DNA of 64,000 nucleotides. Origin: an uncultured Gammaproteobacteria bacterium (GTDB lineage Bacteria > Pseudomonadota > Gammaproteobacteria > UBA9214). Where the stretch lies: contig CAWDLS010000001.1 of assembly GCA_963803275.1 (NCBI GenBank), forward strand, positions 596,107 to 660,106, read 5' to 3'. The notes beneath the pieces were generated by a model. It ran no database searches, was not told where the DNA came from, and worked only from the letters and a program-made list of their open reading frames with translations. A program made the translations under genes and the position numbers. Within the stretch, counting starts at the first letter, position 1, and the number at the start of each line of letters is the position of its first letter. Below are positions 1 through 10,097 of this stretch, piece by piece.

Positions 1-811
1 TCAGGGGCGACCATGCATGCCCGTACACCACCTCGTAACTCGCCGGCAGGACGCCGTCCCGGCGATAGCACTCGTAGGCCGCGGCAAACTGCCGCCAGTG
101 CCGCTTGCCGGTCAGGCCGCGCGCGCGGCCCTGCGTCACGTTATGCGCACCGATCTGCTTCAGGTCCACCAGCAGGCGGCGCAGTTCCCGGTAGGTGACG
201 GTAAGGCGCTCCGAGTCCATCACCGGTTCGGCCCAGTGTGTGCGCACCAGGCCGTCGCCGATATCGTGCAGGTCTATGAACCGGTTGACGTGGGTGTAGC
301 CGTCGACGGCCTCCCAGCTGGCACGCAGTTCCATCAGGGTATCCGGTCCGAAGGTAGTGAACATGAGCAGGCCGCCGGGCGCCAGCACGCGGCGCAGCTC
401 GCTGAACACCGCATCGAGGTCGGTGCACCATTGCAGCATCAGGTTGGAAAAAATGAAATCGAAACCGTCATCGACAAACGGCAGCACCTCGCCGTCCGCG
501 CAGACACACGCCGGACGGCGCAACCAGCCGCCGCGTGCCTGCGCCCTGGCCAGCATCGACGGTGCGATATCCAGCGCCACCACGTCCGCCTTGCGATAAC
601 GTTTCATCAATGCGGCGCTGAACAGGCCGGTGCCGGCACCGAGATCGAGGATGCGCCGCGGCCTGAGGCGGATGAAATCCATGCGCTCGATGAGGCGGTT
701 GCCGATTTCGTACTGCAGCTCGGCCGCGGCGTCATAGGTGGGAGCCGCACGCTCAAAGGCGCGGCACATCTGCCGCTTGTCCGGCAGTATGCGCGGATCC
801 GGGTCAGCCAT
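1..811 (-). CDS. bioC: malonyl-ACP O-methyltransferase BioC (C-terminus runs off window start)
   Basis: Manual minus-strand translation from ATG at 811-809 gives MADPDPRILPDKRQ...ILDLGAGTGLFSAAL... The SAM-methyltransferase motif I (DLGAGTG) is present. No in-frame stop before position 1. Position in the bioBFHC operon fits. Start overlaps the bioH stop by 8 nt. Confidence 0.7.
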   Translation of the reverse strand, partial: MADPDPRILPDKRQMCRAFERAAPTYDAAAELQYEIGNRLIERMDFIRLRPRRILDLGAGTGLFSAALMKRYRKADVVALDIAPSMLARAQARGGWLRRPACVCADGEVLPFVDDGFDFIFSNLMLQWCTDLDAVFSELRRVLAPGGLLMFTTFGPDTLMELRASWEAVDGYTHVNRFIDLHDIGDGLVRTHWAEPVMDSERLTVTYRELRRLLVDLKQIGAHNVTQGRARGLTGKRHWRQFAAAYECYRRDGVLPASYEVVYGHAWSPL

Positions 812-1601
812 GACGATTTCCGGTATCCGCAGGCACCGTCGCCAGCAGGAAATTCCGCATGTGGTACGCGACCGCGTCCGGTGCAGCGACAAACGGGGCA
901 TGCCCGGCTGCAGCGATCACCGCCAGCCGCGCGCCCGGCAGCAGCGCCGCCGCAGCACGTCCCGCAGCGGGCGGCACCAGCGTATCGCGTTCCCCCATCA
1001 GCAACAATGCCGGACAGTGCAGGTGCGGTAGCCCGGCGCGCAAGTCCGAGCTGCGCAGGACCTCCAGCCCGGCGCGCAGTCCTTCCGGCCGTGGCTGGCC
1101 CCTGGCCAGCAGCGTCTGGCGCAGGCGTTTCAGGACATCGGTGGCATGTGCGCTGCCGCGCACCTGCAGGGCGAGAAAGCGGTTCAGGGTCCGCACGTAG
1201 TCCTGTTCCAGGTCGCTGGCAAAGCTGTCCAGCAATTGCGGCAGCATCGCGCTCTGCCAGTCCGGCTTGCGCACGAAACAGGGCGAGCTTGCAATGCTGA
1301 CCAGGGTGCTGACCCGCGCCGGCTGCAGCAGGGCGGCGCGCAGCGCTATCATGCCCCCCAGTGACCAGCCTGCCCAGTGCGCACGTGCCGGCGCGGCCGA
1401 CAATACTGCCCCGGCCAGCGCATCCAGGGTGGTCTCCCCCGACCATGCACTGTAGCCATGCCCGGGCAGGTCGATGCGTGTGACGCGGAAGGCATCCTCG
1501 AGCAGCGGCACAAACGCGTCCCAGACGCCGCCGTGCAGGCCCCAGCCATGCAGCAGCACGAGTTCGGGGCCATGACCAGCGGTTTGCGTGTAGAGCGTCA
1601 T
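804..1601 (-). CDS. bioH: pimeloyl-ACP methyl ester carboxylesterase BioH (alpha/beta hydrolase)
   Basis: 265 aa, MTLYTQTAGHGPELVLLHGWG...GWSLGG nucleophile elbow. Lies between bioF and bioC. Confidence 0.85.
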   Translation of the reverse strand: MTLYTQTAGHGPELVLLHGWGLHGGVWDAFVPLLEDAFRVTRIDLPGHGYSAWSGETTLDALAGAVLSAAPARAHWAGWSLGGMIALRAALLQPARVSTLVSIASSPCFVRKPDWQSAMLPQLLDSFASDLEQDYVRTLNRFLALQVRGSAHATDVLKRLRQTLLARGQPRPEGLRAGLEVLRSSDLRAGLPHLHCPALLLMGERDTLVPPAAGRAAAALLPGARLAVIAAAGHAPFVAAPDAVAYHMRNFLLATVPADTGNRHG

Positions 1602-1637
1602 CGATTCTTCGTTACCGCGCGAGGTAACTTCATTCTG

Positions 1638-2816
1638 TTACGGTTCACTTTCGGCTCTGCCCCTGGCGGCAGAAATTTCATCCAGCGCGTCCAGCAGGCG
1701 ATCCACCTGTTCTTCGGTATGTGCTGCCGAGAAGGTGATGCGCAGACGCGCCGTGCCGACCGGCACGGTCGGCGGCCGGATCGCCGTCACCAGGATATCG
1801 CGCGCGCGCAAGGCCGCGCTCATGCACAGCGCGTCCGTGGCCGCGCCGACCATCAGGGGCTGGATCGGCGTGGTCGATTCCGGCAGGCCCAGGCCGAGCT
1901 GTGCAGCACCCGTGCGGAACCGCTGCACCAGCGCCCGCAACCGCTCACGCCGCCACTCGTCCGCACGCACGCGCACCAGCGCGGCGAGTGTCGCACAGGC
2001 CAGCGCCGGCGGCGGCGCCGTGGTATAGATGTACGTGCGCGCGTGCTGGATCAGTGTCTCGACGAGCGCCTCGCTGCCGGCGACAAATGCGCCGAAGGTG
2101 CCAAAAGCCTTGCCCAGCGTGCCCATCAGCACCGGCACCTGTGTGCTATCCAGCCCGGCGGTCTGAACCGAACCGCGCCCGTCCCGTCCCAGCACGCCGA
2201 GGCCGTGAGCGTCATCGACCATGAACCAGGCCTGCCCGCGCGCACTCGCCTCCGCCAGTTGCGGCAGCGGTGCAATGTCGCCGTCCATGCTGAACACGCC
2301 ATCGGTGGCCACCAGGCGCTCGACCGCCGGCGCACCGGCCAGGCACGCGGCGAGGTCCCCGGCATCGGCATGCCGGTAGCGCACCAGCCGCGCACCGCTG
2401 AGGCGCGCGCCGTCCAGCAGCGAGGCGTGGTTGGCGTGGTCCTCGAACACGCGGTCGCCGTGTCCCAGCAGCGCCGCCAGCACGCCGAGGTTGGCCATAT
2501 AACCGGTCGAGAACAGCAGCGCGCGCGGCCGCTGCACGAAGTCCGCCAGCGCCGCTTCCAGTTCATGGTGCGCGCGGCTGTGTCCGCTGACCAGGTGCGC
2601 GGCACCACTGCCCGCACCGTAGTCGTCCAGGCCCCTGTGAAAGGCCGCGACCACGTCGGGATGATTCGCCAGGCCAAGGTAGTCATTGCTGCAGAACGAC
2701 AGCACACGCCGGCCGGCAATGACGGGGGTTACGCCTTGCGGTCCGTCCACGGTCTCGCGCAGGCGGTACAGGTCGTCCCGCCTGCGCTGTTCGAGTTGTG
2801 CGGCCAGGTCTTTCAT
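1638..2816 (-). CDS. bioF: 8-amino-7-oxononanoate synthase BioF
   Basis: PLP-dependent AONS-like sequence (SNDYLGL, FSMDGD, TLGKAFG). Start placed at MKDLAAQLEQ by alignment with E. coli BioF; the ORF could extend to 2858. Confidence 0.85.
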   Translation of the reverse strand: MKDLAAQLEQRRRDDLYRLRETVDGPQGVTPVIAGRRVLSFCSNDYLGLANHPDVVAAFHRGLDDYGAGSGAAHLVSGHSRAHHELEAALADFVQRPRALLFSTGYMANLGVLAALLGHGDRVFEDHANHASLLDGARLSGARLVRYRHADAGDLAACLAGAPAVERLVATDGVFSMDGDIAPLPQLAEASARGQAWFMVDDAHGLGVLGRDGRGSVQTAGLDSTQVPVLMGTLGKAFGTFGAFVAGSEALVETLIQHARTYIYTTAPPPALACATLAALVRVRADEWRRERLRALVQRFRTGAAQLGLGLPESTTPIQPLMVGAATDALCMSAALRARDILVTAIRPPTVPVGTARLRITFSAAHTEEQVDRLLDALDEISAARGRAESEP

Positions 2817-2906
2817 GACTAGCAAGGGAAACACGGGGGCAGACCACCTTTCCCCCAACGCACGGCCCGTCCGCAGATAGCGGGAAAAAACGTCGCCTGT
2901 CCCCTG

Positions 2907-3899
2907 TCAGGCCGGGTGCAGGCCCAGCTGCGCAAACAGCGCGTCGTCCCGGGCGGTGTCCGGATTGCCGGTGGTGAGCAGCTTCTCACCGTAGAAAATC
3001 GAATTGGCACCGGCAAAGAAACACAAGGCCTGCAGTTCATCATTCATGTCCGCACGCCCCGCCGACAGCCGCACGTACGAGGCCGGCATCAGGAGGCGTG
3101 CCACCGCGATGGTGCGCACGAATTCCAGCGGCGCGATGTCGGCCTGCCCGTCCAGCGGTGTGCCCGCCACCCTGACCAGCCGGTTGATCGGCACGCTGCC
3201 CGGATGCTCGGTCAAATTGGCCAGCTCGCACAGCATCGACACCCGGTCCGCGCGCTGCTCACCCAACCCCACGATGCCGCCACAACAGACATTGATACCC
3301 GCCTCGCGCACGTGCGCCAGCGTGGCGAGCCGGTCATCATATGTGCGTGTGCTGATGATCTCGCCATAAAACTCCGGCGAGGTATCGAGGTTATGATTGT
3401 AGTAGTCCAGCCCGGCCTGCTTCAATGCGGCGGCCTGGTGCGCATCCAGCATGCCCAGCGTGGCACAGGTCTCCAGCCCTTCGGCACGCACCCGTTCGAC
3501 CATCTCCAGCACGCGCTCGAAATTCCTGCCCTTCGGATTGCGCCATGCCGCACCCATACAAAAGCGCGTGGCGCCCGCCGTCCGGGCGCGCCGTGCTGCC
3601 GTTACCACCGCCTCGATACCCATCAGCGCTGCGGCCTCCAGCCCGGTGTCGTAGTGCACGCTCTGCGGACAGTAGCTGCAATCCTCAGGGCAACCACCGG
3701 TCTTGATGCTCAGCAGCGTGCTGACCTGCACCGCATTGGGATCGAAATGCGCACGATGAACGCTGTGCGCCCGGAACAGCAGCTCATTGAAAGGCAAATC
3801 GAACAGCTGCCGCACCTCGGCACGCGACCAGTCATTGCGGACAGCACCGGCAGACATCTCCGACAGACATACGGATGGCTTATTCATAAATTTCAACAT
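2907..3899 (-). CDS. bioB: biotin synthase BioB (radical SAM)
   Basis: [19 protein letters not shown] CxxxCxxC radical-SAM motif with BioB-like N-terminus. Alternative starts at 3887 or 3857. Confidence 0.9.
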   Translation of the reverse strand: MLKFMNKPSVCLSEMSAGAVRNDWSRAEVRQLFDLPFNELLFRAHSVHRAHFDPNAVQVSTLLSIKTGGCPEDCSYCPQSVHYDTGLEAAALMGIEAVVTAARRARTAGATRFCMGAAWRNPKGRNFERVLEMVERVRAEGLETCATLGMLDAHQAAALKQAGLDYYNHNLDTSPEFYGEIISTRTYDDRLATLAHVREAGINVCCGGIVGLGEQRADRVSMLCELANLTEHPGSVPINRLVRVAGTPLDGQADIAPLEFVRTIAVARLLMPASYVRLSAGRADMNDELQALCFFAGANSIFYGEKLLTTGNPDTARDDALFAQLGLHPA

Positions 3900-3966
3900 G
3901 ATGCAATCTAACGAGGGGTTCGACTATGGAACCGATCCGTCGTCCTGTCAACCGTGATTACAGCTG

Positions 3967-4665
3967 ATGGTTTACCAATGGGCCGCCCGGCTGCAAAACC
4001 TGTTGTTTCCTCCGCACTGCCGGCTGTGCGGCAGTCCGGTCATGGCGGCATTCCGCCTGTGCCCGGGTTGCGAGCATGACCTGCCCTGGCTGGCTGCCGG
4101 GTGTGTGCAATGTGCCCGGCCCGTCAGCCCGCAAACGCGCTGCGGACGCTGCCAGCAGCGACCGCCGCCCTTTGACGGCACCACGGCGCTGTTTCATTAC
4201 CAGCCACCGGTTGACCACCTGCTGAAGCGCCTGAAATTTGCCGGCGAGCTCGCCATCGCCCCCCTGCTGGCCGGTATGCTGGCTGGTCGTATTACCGCCC
4301 GCAGTGACCCCTTGCCGGGCCAGCTGGTTGCCGTGCCCCTGCATCGCGCGCGCCTGCACGAGCGCGGCTTCAACCAGGCCGCGCTGCTCGCCGCGCGGCT
4401 GGGCGAGCGGCTGTCCATCCCGGTGGCCCACCGGCTGTGCTCGCGCCGGCGTGCGACACAGCCGCAGTCACTGCTCAGCCCGACAGCGCGTCGCCTCAAC
4501 CTGCGCAACGCCTTTGCCGTCCACGGCCCGCCGGCGGCGGCCCACGTCGCCATCGTCGACGACGTCATGACCACCGGACACACGGCCGGTGAGCTGGCGC
4601 AGGCACTGAAACGGGCCGGTGCGGAACGGGTGGAGGTGTGGGTAATTGCGCGTACCGCACGCTGA
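3967..4665 (+). CDS. ComF/GntX-family phosphoribosyltransferase-domain protein
   Basis: N-terminal CxxC..CxxC zinc finger and C-terminal PRTase motif VAIVDDVMTTGHT. Confidence 0.7.
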   Translation: MVYQWAARLQNLLFPPHCRLCGSPVMAAFRLCPGCEHDLPWLAAGCVQCARPVSPQTRCGRCQQRPPPFDGTTALFHYQPPVDHLLKRLKFAGELAIAPLLAGMLAGRITARSDPLPGQLVAVPLHRARLHERGFNQAALLAARLGERLSIPVAHRLCSRRRATQPQSLLSPTARRLNLRNAFAVHGPPAAAHVAIVDDVMTTGHTAGELAQALKRAGAERVEVWVIARTAR

Positions 4666-4675
4666 GCGGACCGGA

Positions 4676-5533
4676 TCAGGCCGCCACGTAATCGAGCAGG
4701 ATGCCGAGAAATACGACCATGCCGAACCAGTTGTTGTTCAGGAAGGCACGAAAGCAGTCATCGCGCTCCCGGTAGTGGATCAGGCGCTGCTGGTAAACGA
4801 ACAGCGCACCACCTGCAGCGACGCCGGTGTAGTAGATCATGCCCAGCTTGGCCTGGAAACCGATCATGACCAGGCAAACCAGTACCATGGCCTGCAGCAG
4901 GGCAATAATCACGCGATCGGCCTCGCCGAACAGGATCGCGGTGGACTTTAGCCCCAGGGCGATGTCGTCCTGGCGGTCAACCATGGCGTACATGGTGTCG
5001 TAGACCGTAGCCCACAGCACAGTGGTCGTGAACATCAGCCAGCCCACCTGCGGTACACTGCCGGACTGTGCGGCAAACGCCATCGGTACGGCCCAGCCAA
5101 AGGCCGCCCCCAGCACCACCTGCGGCAGGTGCGTCAGGCGCTTCATGAAGGGATAGATCACCGCCAGCAATATACCGCCCGGCGCCAGCACAATGGTCAG
5201 TCTGTTGAGCAGCAGCACCAGGCCAAAGGCGAGCAGGCAGAGGACCCCGACCAGGACCAGCGCCGCGCGCGGCGAGACGCGGCCGGCAGTCAGCGGCCGG
5301 TCCCTCGTGCGCGAAACGTAGCGGTCGAAGTCGCGGTCGGCGAAGTCATTGATCACGCAACCGGCCGACCGCATCAACACCGCGCCCAGCACGAACACCA
5401 CCAGGATCTTCGTGTCGGGATGGCCCTGTGCCGCGACCAGCAGGGCCCACAGCGCCGGCCACAGCAGCAGGAAGATGCCGATCGGCTTGTCGAGCCGCAT
5501 CAGTGCAATGTAATCACGCAAACGGCCTGTCAC
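4676..5533 (-). CDS. ubiA: 4-hydroxybenzoate octaprenyltransferase UbiA
   Basis: 285 aa polytopic membrane protein, [19 protein letters not shown]..., with UbiA prenyltransferase D-rich motifs. Adjacent to ubiC. Confidence 0.9.
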   Translation of the reverse strand: MTGRLRDYIALMRLDKPIGIFLLLWPALWALLVAAQGHPDTKILVVFVLGAVLMRSAGCVINDFADRDFDRYVSRTRDRPLTAGRVSPRAALVLVGVLCLLAFGLVLLLNRLTIVLAPGGILLAVIYPFMKRLTHLPQVVLGAAFGWAVPMAFAAQSGSVPQVGWLMFTTTVLWATVYDTMYAMVDRQDDIALGLKSTAILFGEADRVIIALLQAMVLVCLVMIGFQAKLGMIYYTGVAAGGALFVYQQRLIHYRERDDCFRAFLNNNWFGMVVFLGILLDYVAA

Positions 5534-5564
5534 TGCATTCCCCCGATGGTCCGTACTCCCTGGT

Positions 5565-6140
5565 CTAGCGGTTTGACCTTACCCGCCGTGCAACACTGGT
5601 TGCCGGGAAGTCGGGCAGGAATACCTCGCTGACCAGCAGTGGTTTGCGGGTGATGGTGAATACCGAACGTCGTCCCCAGATGGCCGGCGGACGCTTGCGC
5701 AGGTGTGCGGTGGCCGCCGTATACAGTGCCTGTCCCGGCCGTATGCAGGCCAGCTCAACCACACCGCGCTGCATCCCCGGATCAGCAAACAGCACGCCAC
5801 CCAGCGGGCTGGTGCCGAGGCGGGCCAGGCGCTTGAGCCGCCCGCGCAGCGAGCTCACCGGGATCACGGTGCGCGCGAAGATCCACGGCCGGCCACCGCA
5901 CAACAGCTGCACCTGGCGGATCAGCGCGTGACTGCCGCGACGCATATCCAGGGCCTGTGCCTCGTTCAGGTCTGGCCGGCCTCGCTGCTGCGAGACGATG
6001 CGCACCTCAAAGCGGCCCGGACACAACTGCTGCAGGCGCAGCGTGAGCGATTCGGGATCGAGCAGCCAGTTGTGCAGGTCTGGCGGGATAGCGCCACAGC
6101 TGTAACGGTCGTGTTGTTGCCAGCGGCTTTCGAGTGTCAT
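5565..6140 (-). CDS. ubiC: chorismate pyruvate-lyase UbiC
   Basis: 191 aa immediately upstream of ubiA on the same strand. Sequence resembles UbiC ([21 protein letters not shown]...). Confidence 0.75.
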   Translation of the reverse strand: MTLESRWQQHDRYSCGAIPPDLHNWLLDPESLTLRLQQLCPGRFEVRIVSQQRGRPDLNEAQALDMRRGSHALIRQVQLLCGGRPWIFARTVIPVSSLRGRLKRLARLGTSPLGGVLFADPGMQRGVVELACIRPGQALYTAATAHLRKRPPAIWGRRSVFTITRKPLLVSEVFLPDFPATSVARRVRSNR

Positions 6141-6273
6141 CGGCGAGATCTGCAGTGGACGGCGTGGATTATCCGGCGCGGAATTATCGCACGAATGACG
6201 GAAAAAGGATGCATGGCACGGTGCCGCGGTCAGCGCATACTGTTGCGCACAGGCGCGCGATGATTTGCAGCAC

Positions 6274-8382
6274 CTACACCTCCCCGAAATCCGCCGCCTG
6301 GCCCAGCCAGCGACGGATCAGCGGTGTGACATTTTCCGGACAGGTTGCCAGCAAGCGGCCGGCGGCCGCTGTCACCGCCTCCAGCAATGACTCGTCGCGC
6401 AGCAGATCGGCGATATGGAACTGCATCTCGCCGGTCTGGCGCGTGCCGAGCACCTCGCCCGGACCGCGCAGCTCCATGTCCCGGCGTGCGATCTCGAAGC
6501 CGTCGCCGGTCTCGCGCAATACGGCCAGGCGCTCACGCGCATTCACGGACAGGGGTGCCTGGTAGAGCAGCACACAGCTGCTTTGCCGACGGCCGCGTCC
6601 GACCCGCCCGCGCAGCTGGTGCAGCTGCGCCAGGCCGAGCCGTTCCGGATTTTCAATGATCATCAGGCTGGCATTGGGCACGTCCACACCGACCTCGATC
6701 ACGGTGGTCGCCACCAGCAGGCCGACCTCGCCCTGTTTGAAGGCCTGCATCACAGCTTCCTTCGCGGCCGGCTTCATGCGTCCGTGCACCAGCGCGACAC
6801 GCACCTCCGGCAACGCTGCACCGAGCAGCTCGGCGGTATTCCCGGCGGCCCGGCACTGCAAGGCCTCGGACTCCTCGATCAGCGTGCATACCCAGTAGGC
6901 CTGTTGTCCCTCGGCGCAGGCCTTTTGCACGGACCGGATCACCTCGTCGCGCCGTTCCTGGCTGATCGCCACCGTCCTGACCGGCCGGCGTCCGGGCGGC
7001 AAGGCGTCGATGACCGAGGTATCGAGATCGGCATACACCGTCATGGCCAGCGTGCGCGGGATGGGCGTGGCGGTCATCACCAGCTGGTGCGGGTGCAGTT
7101 CACCACGGCGGCCCTTGTCGCGCAGGGCGAGGCGCTGATGCACGCCAAAGCGGTGCTGTTCGTCGATGATGACCAGGCCGAGTCGCGCAAACTCGACCCC
7201 GGACTGGAACAGGGCGTGCGTGCCGATCACCACGGCAGCCGTACCGCTTGTGATGGCCTCCAGGGTAGCGGCGCGTGCCTTGCCCTTCAACTTGCCGGTG
7301 TGCCAGACCACCTCGATACCGAGTGGCGCGAGCCAGTCACTGAAACTGCGAAAATGCTGCTCGGCCAGCAACTCGGTCGGCGCCATCAGCGCCGTCTGGT
7401 AGCCGGCATCGACCGCGGCCAGCGCCGCGCAGGCGGCAACCACCGTCTTACCGGAGCCGACATCGCCCTGCACCAGCCGCGCCATGGGGTGCGTTTGCGC
7501 CAGGTCGGCGCGTATGTCCCCGATCACCCGCGCCTGTGCCGCGGTCAGCTCGAATGGCAGGGAGCGGATAAAGCGCCGCACCAGGGCCTCCCCGCCGGAC
7601 AGCGCCGGTGCCGCGACCCGCTGTGTGCGCTCGCGCAGGCGCCGCAGGCTCAGGTGGTGCGCCAGCAATTCCTCAAACGCCAGCCGCTGTTGCGCCGGGT
7701 GATTGCCGCTCGCCAGCAACGCCAGGGCCGCGTCGGGCGGTGGCCGGTGTACGTAGCGCAACGCCGCCGCCAGCGTTGTCATCCTGAAACGGCTCGCCAG
7801 GCCCGCAGGCAGCCAGTCCACCAGACCGCGCACGCCCTTGCCATCCAGGCAGTGCAGTGCCTGCTCGGTGATGGCGCGCAGTGTCAGCTGGTGCACACCC
7901 TCGGTGGCCGGGTAGACCGGCGTGAGGTGCGCCGTGCTGTCCATGGCTTCCTGTGGTGAGACGAACTGGTACTCCGGGTGGACCAGCTCCGCCGTCACGG
8001 CACCATTGCGTATCTCGCCAAAGCAGCGCGCCGTGCGGCCCCGCACGAAGCCCGCCTGCTGCGCGGCACTGAAATGAAAAAAGCGCAAGGTCAACGCACC
8101 GGTACCGTCGCTGATGCGCACCAGCAGCGAGCGCCGCCTGCCGAACCTGACCTCGGCGAGCTCGACCTCGCCCTGCACCACCACGTGCTCGCCCAGGTGC
8201 ACCGCGCCCATCGGCACGATCCGTGTGCGGTCCTCGTAACGCAGCGGCAGGTGGAACAGCACGTCCTGCACGGTGCGTATGTTGAGACGCTGCAGACGCT
8301 CCGCCAGCCGCGGCCCTACTCCCTTCAGCGTCGTCACCGGGAGGGTGGCGAGCTGGTCTTTGGATTCAGGGACAAAGTTCAA
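6274..8382 (-). CDS. recG: ATP-dependent DNA helicase RecG
   Basis: 702 aa with wedge domain plus SF2 helicase motifs (GDVGSGKT, DEQHRFG). Confidence 0.9.
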   Translation of the reverse strand: MNFVPESKDQLATLPVTTLKGVGPRLAERLQRLNIRTVQDVLFHLPLRYEDRTRIVPMGAVHLGEHVVVQGEVELAEVRFGRRRSLLVRISDGTGALTLRFFHFSAAQQAGFVRGRTARCFGEIRNGAVTAELVHPEYQFVSPQEAMDSTAHLTPVYPATEGVHQLTLRAITEQALHCLDGKGVRGLVDWLPAGLASRFRMTTLAAALRYVHRPPPDAALALLASGNHPAQQRLAFEELLAHHLSLRRLRERTQRVAAPALSGGEALVRRFIRSLPFELTAAQARVIGDIRADLAQTHPMARLVQGDVGSGKTVVAACAALAAVDAGYQTALMAPTELLAEQHFRSFSDWLAPLGIEVVWHTGKLKGKARAATLEAITSGTAAVVIGTHALFQSGVEFARLGLVIIDEQHRFGVHQRLALRDKGRRGELHPHQLVMTATPIPRTLAMTVYADLDTSVIDALPPGRRPVRTVAISQERRDEVIRSVQKACAEGQQAYWVCTLIEESEALQCRAAGNTAELLGAALPEVRVALVHGRMKPAAKEAVMQAFKQGEVGLLVATTVIEVGVDVPNASLMIIENPERLGLAQLHQLRGRVGRGRRQSSCVLLYQAPLSVNARERLAVLRETGDGFEIARRDMELRGPGEVLGTRQTGEMQFHIADLLRDESLLEAVTAAAGRLLATCPENVTPLIRRWLGQAADFGEV

Positions 8383-8390
8383 TTTGAACT

Positions 8391-8470
8391 ATCGCCTCGC
8401 GCAGAGACGCAGAGACGCAGAGAAAATCCTGAAACTAATAAAAAGTAAGGCACAGAGATAAAATACTGAA
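8391..8470. repeat. octamer-repeat element arm: (ACGCAGAG)x3-AAAAT ... GCACAGAGATAAAAT
   Basis: Tandem 8-mers directly upstream of the recG start. The same modules recur at 34239-34290 (reverse complement) and 40955-40985/41218-41290. Confidence 0.5.
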
Positions 8471-8498
8471 TGAACCTGAGCAAATAGATTCTTGACTC

Positions 8499-8930
8499 TC
8501 ACCTTTCAAAAACCTTAAACGAAGGAAGCTTTGTCAAGCCGACATAATTAAACATTTTGTAATTAGCTCTTCGCGCCGATGCCGATAGCTGCCGCATTTT
8601 TAGGTTTGCTTTTGGAATAAATGGGTAAAAAATAATTTCTTGTCTGTCCTTTCCATTCTCTTTCCATTTGAAAATGGCAAAAAGTGGAGGAACCATAAAT
8701 CCGGACTTAAGGACTTTTTCGATAATTTCCCAACCAGCCCCGAATATTACATCTTTAGGCTTTGAATTATAGGTTTTGACTTGAGTTCGAAATGAACATC
8801 CAGTGCATTGAAGATCGTAAAGCGGATAATTCTTGGGAAGCTGCATCAGATGCTTACCGCAATTTTGGCATTCAACGTTCTTCACTACTTCCTTTTCACC
8901 TACATCTCCGGCCTTTTGATTTCCTGCCAT
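8499..8930 (-). CDS. hypothetical zinc-ribbon protein encoded in AT-rich islet
   Basis: 143 aa with N-terminal CxxC-x17-CxxC. Good RBS (AAGGAAAG) before the ATG. Local GC ~35% versus ~65% in flanks. No family recognised. Confidence 0.6.
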   Translation of the reverse strand: MAGNQKAGDVGEKEVVKNVECQNCGKHLMQLPKNYPLYDLQCTGCSFRTQVKTYNSKPKDVIFGAGWEIIEKVLKSGFMVPPLFAIFKWKENGKDRQEIIFYPFIPKANLKMRQLSASARRANYKMFNYVGLTKLPSFKVFER

Positions 8931-9222
8931 AACTTTCCTTGATTTTTACCAGACATTAATGAGACAAAGCCATCCTAAAAATGGCTACCCACGATGTAAA
9001 AAATCGTCAACCTTATGTGCCCATCAGGCGCAGCCGAGCATCGCAGTCGATTTGGGATCAAGCGAGCCGCCCTGTCGAGCTGGATTTGCTAGCCGGAAGG
9101 CGCAGCAAATTCTGCGAGTTCGGCGAGCACCCAAACCGGCGAGAAGCGCAGGGCAAGGCTGCGTAGCGGCCTTGTAGATTCTATGTTTTGACAGGCAAGC
9201 CTTTGGGACCGCCTTTCTTTTG

Positions 9223-9273
9223 GGTACTTTTCTTTGGCGGCACAAAGAAAAGTACCTCGCCCCGGCGGGGCGA
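9223..9273. terminator. two tandem hairpins at the right boundary of the AT-rich islet (terminator-like, downstream of ridA)
   Basis: GGTACTTTTCTTTG-gcggca-CAAAGAAAAGTACC (14-bp perfect stem) followed immediately by TCGCCCCG-gc-GGGGCGA. Confidence 0.4.
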
Positions 9274-9344
9274 AACCTGCAAGACAATTTAGATAGCGCA
9301 CCTGACAAGCGTTTCCGCAGCCGAATCATCCACAACCAGATTGC

Positions 9345-9758
9345 CTATTGATCGAGATAATCCTTCTCGTCGAAAGTATCCAATTCCATCACAGCATCCA
9401 TCTCCACCTGCGCGCCCTTCGGCAGGGCGGCGACGCCGACCGCGGCACGGGCGGGATAGGGTACGCTGAAGTATTCCGCCATGATCTGGTTGACCAGCGC
9501 AAAGTGGCCGAGGTCGGGCAGGAACACGTTCAGCTTGGCGACGTCATTCAGCGAGCCGCCGGCGGCCGCCGCGACCGCGGCGAGGTTGTCGAACACGCGC
9601 CGGATCTGGGCGCCCATGTCGCCCTCGACCAGCAGCATGGTGACAGGATCCAGCGGGATCTGCCCCGACAGGTACACGGTGCTGCCGCACCTGACAGCCT
9701 GGGAATAGGTGCCGATGGCCTGCGGCGCCTGGTCGGTCTGGATGATGCTGCGGCTCAT
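9345..9758 (-). CDS. ridA: RidA/YjgF family reactive-intermediate deaminase
   Basis: [22 protein letters not shown]...: typical RidA N-terminus. The ORF extends upstream to 9860 but the homologous start is at 9758. Confidence 0.8.
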   Translation of the reverse strand: MSRSIIQTDQAPQAIGTYSQAVRCGSTVYLSGQIPLDPVTMLLVEGDMGAQIRRVFDNLAAVAAAAGGSLNDVAKLNVFLPDLGHFALVNQIMAEYFSVPYPARAAVGVAALPKGAQVEMDAVMELDTFDEKDYLDQ

Positions 9759-10097
9759 GATGGATTCCTTGTGTTGGTTAACCGGTTTCTGTGTTTCGCG
9801 CCCCGCCAGCAGACAAAGCGACATTCTGGAAAAGATTGCTGACACGTTCCGCCCCTGCAAATCAGGACGATGCCACGGGCAAGCTATTAAACCCTCAGTG
9901 TCCTCGCTGAACTCTGTGGTGAATTGTTTGATTTCTCTGCGCCTTTACGTCTTTCGGTAACTGCTCCCTGCATCGCCTAAGGCGCCTTCTTTTGGTGCTC
10001 TACCTGCTACATGGCCCAGGCCAGTCTCTCGACCGCTGCGCGGTCTCACCTTCTCCCTGTAGTCATGCGCGAGACTGGTTGTTTTCAGGCTCAACCG

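Noticed and set aside
17-1300. 427-aa plus-strand ORF, and similar long ORFs antisense to real genes (for example 6415-7959, 10011-11306, 30219-31160, 34640-35506, 44788-45996, 54678-56042, 58475-60277)
   Set aside because: Arg/Ala/Gly-rich low-complexity translations typical of the wrong frame in high-GC DNA. Each is fully overlapped by a well-supported gene on the other strand.
8399-8422. Tandem octamer repeats (ACGCAGAG x3; CTCTGCGC x3 at 34247-34276) considered as a CRISPR array
   Set aside because: Repeat units are only 8 bp with no spacers, occur in inverted pairs and have no cas genes. They are repeat-element arms, not CRISPR.
9024-9335. 103-aa minus ORF and 72-aa plus ORF in the right flank of the AT-rich islet
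   Set aside because: Both are low complexity, lack an RBS and overlap the tandem hairpin structures. They are treated as non-coding.
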